From positions 3,762,778 to 3,826,777 of the forward strand of contig NC_134030.1 in assembly GCF_964204645.1 (NCBI RefSeq): DNA of 64,000 nt, written 5' to 3'. The DNA is from Tubulanus polymorphus. Lineage: Eukaryota > Animalia > Nemertea. Position numbers and translations under genes: made by a program. Positions 62,601-64,000 of this stretch are shown piece after piece. Below the pieces are notes generated by a model, which was given only the letters and a program-made list of their open reading frames with translations, did no database searches and was not told the DNA's origin. The number at the start of each line of letters is the position of its first letter. Positions within the stretch are counted from its first letter, which is position 1.

Positions 62601-63556
62601 GTTATTACAAATGTAATAAGTCTATTATTTAATAAGTTCATGATTTTCAGTTGACAAAAATATATTACCGGGCAACATTCACAGTAGAACCTTATCTTGG
62701 AGTTTGAATTTTCTAATTTTACTTTTCATAATAGAAATCATATCAATATATATATGTATGTTAAAGGGTACGGTTAGAAAATGTTCACTAATGATTCGCA
62801 AATTTTCAGTTAGATTCGTCATCAGATGAAGAGGTTAATTCATTAATCACTTCCATCTCGGAAGTTACCGCACTCGAATGGCGTATCAGATCGTACCGAA
62901 AAGTATGATTTTACCCACGAGATTCAACATTTTCTGATCTCTGATTTCGGCCTCTTTCATATCTCCGTGGAACTTTTATGTATATAACATACCATTCAAG
63001 TTGTCCTGCTGACGTTACACTAATCGGGCTCGTTGGTATATGACAGCATAATCTAGGATAAGATGTGTGTATAGTGAACTCCATTTCAAATGATGGTAGC
63101 GCCGGTAGTGACGGCGCACTTGTCAACGTACCCCTCATCTTGTTGATGTGGGCATCTGGAAACATAGATAGACGGAAGTAAAGAACAATTCTAAATTCTA
63201 AAGAAGATGCTCTAAATTCGCTCAATGCAAGACTTGAATAGATTCGCAGAAGGCAGCAAACGTGGTTTGATGTAAAACTGACATGGTTGATTTACCCGCA
63301 CTATCGGTTGCAAACATTTCGGCTTCGATCTTACAAACATCAGGAGTGGTATCAACGCTTGCTGCGAGAATTGTTTGGATGACCTACACATTCACAAAAT
63401 TTATGCAATCATTTTGCGTCCAAAAAGAATATTCGTGGTAGAATCAGTATTAACGGTGATGATACATTTATAAAATCTATCCAGAAACACAGGAGTGAAT
63501 AATAAATTTACCGTAATAAATACTAATATCCTCTTCTTAAATACGTCAAAATTCAT
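53677..63556 (-). CDS. Large secreted multi-domain lectin-like protein (~1600 aa): signal, discoidin-like, 3x fibrinogen-like, PAN, 2x C-type lectin, discoidin-like, C-type lectin, LamG-like
   Basis: About 25 exons including 63556-63512 (MNFDVFKKRILVFIT), 63383-63296, 63155-62993, 61641-61557, 61389-61254, 61109-60823, 60727-60478, 60401-60100, 60007-59740, 59507-59358, further exons at 59.3-55.2 kb, ~55112-54915, ~54842-54629, 54428-53677. Motifs: VICDMKRHGGGWTLVL, VYCDMYRYGGDWTLFL, CREQCANAATCTGFQY, WLEAEFWCRRIGGNLVS, CPDGWVEFESYCYF, HYWSFDE. The 5' exons are less certain. Confidence 0.82.
54487..54594. mobile_element. GC-rich Harbinger-like MITE, TTA TSD, in the last intron of the lectin gene
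   Basis: tta-agccggacgaaggtcgaccttgcga ... tcgcaaggccgacctacgcccggct-tta. Confidence 0.85.
59563..59668. mobile_element. MITE, CTG TSD (same family as 32793-32900)
   Basis: ctg-ggtccagttccacagttctgag ... ctcacaactgtggaactggacc-ctg. Confidence 0.88.
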
Positions 63557-64000
63557 ATCGAACGATTCCGTGTTACTGGGCTATTGGATTTCCGAAATTT
63601 GGAGCCGTTAAGAAATTAAAAGCTGTTCATCGCCCACATTTTGTTCAATACCGGTTGATGATTTGGCTGCGAATCAGCCGTATCCGCGCGACCGAAGATG
63701 ATTCAGAACGCGCTGCTGCTGATGATCAATGGTTTCATTATCGCGCTAAACATTATATCTATATGAATGATTGGATTATATCATATCAAATAAAAACTGA
63801 AAGTATAATGAATTCCAGAAATCTATTGAAAATGGGAAATATGGGGATAAGTCGTTTGTTCATTTAATGATCGTTCGTCCCCGTGTATGATATATGAATA
63901 AGGCTACCGAATACAGTGCCTTCGTTTCTATGTCCTATTAGAAATTAAGGGGCGAAAGTGTTGCTCCCTTTTCGGTGAAACAGGGCACCTTCAAAATCGC

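Overview
Eukaryotic, AT-rich, intron-dense DNA from an invertebrate metazoan (lophotrochozoan-like; the species cannot be fixed from sequence alone). All gene models were spliced by hand from GT/GC-AG boundaries with phase checks. Left to right: a ~270-300 bp satellite (1-1700); a GRAMD1/Aster sterol transporter (minus, 4163-26653) head-to-head with CDK5RAP3 (plus, 27274-31787); then a ~30 kb run of secreted and surface genes, mostly immune-like: a 4-TM CD20/MS4A-like protein, a Reeler-domain defence protein, a small single-PAN-domain protein, a class II PAQR, an IL-17 with kappaB-like promoter sites, an F5/8-EGF-5xFN3 protein, and a ~1600 aa multi-lectin mosaic. Introns hold many MITEs and a tRNA-derived SINE. 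The most notable non-genic signal is a dispersed family of short inverted-repeat elements carrying minimal type I hammerhead ribozyme motifs of the Penelope type (11.6, 16.3, 22.7, 29.2 kb; degenerate copy at 10.1 kb). Candidate internal first exons for GRAM-less Aster isoforms are also present. No CRISPR, rRNA or bona fide tRNA was seen.
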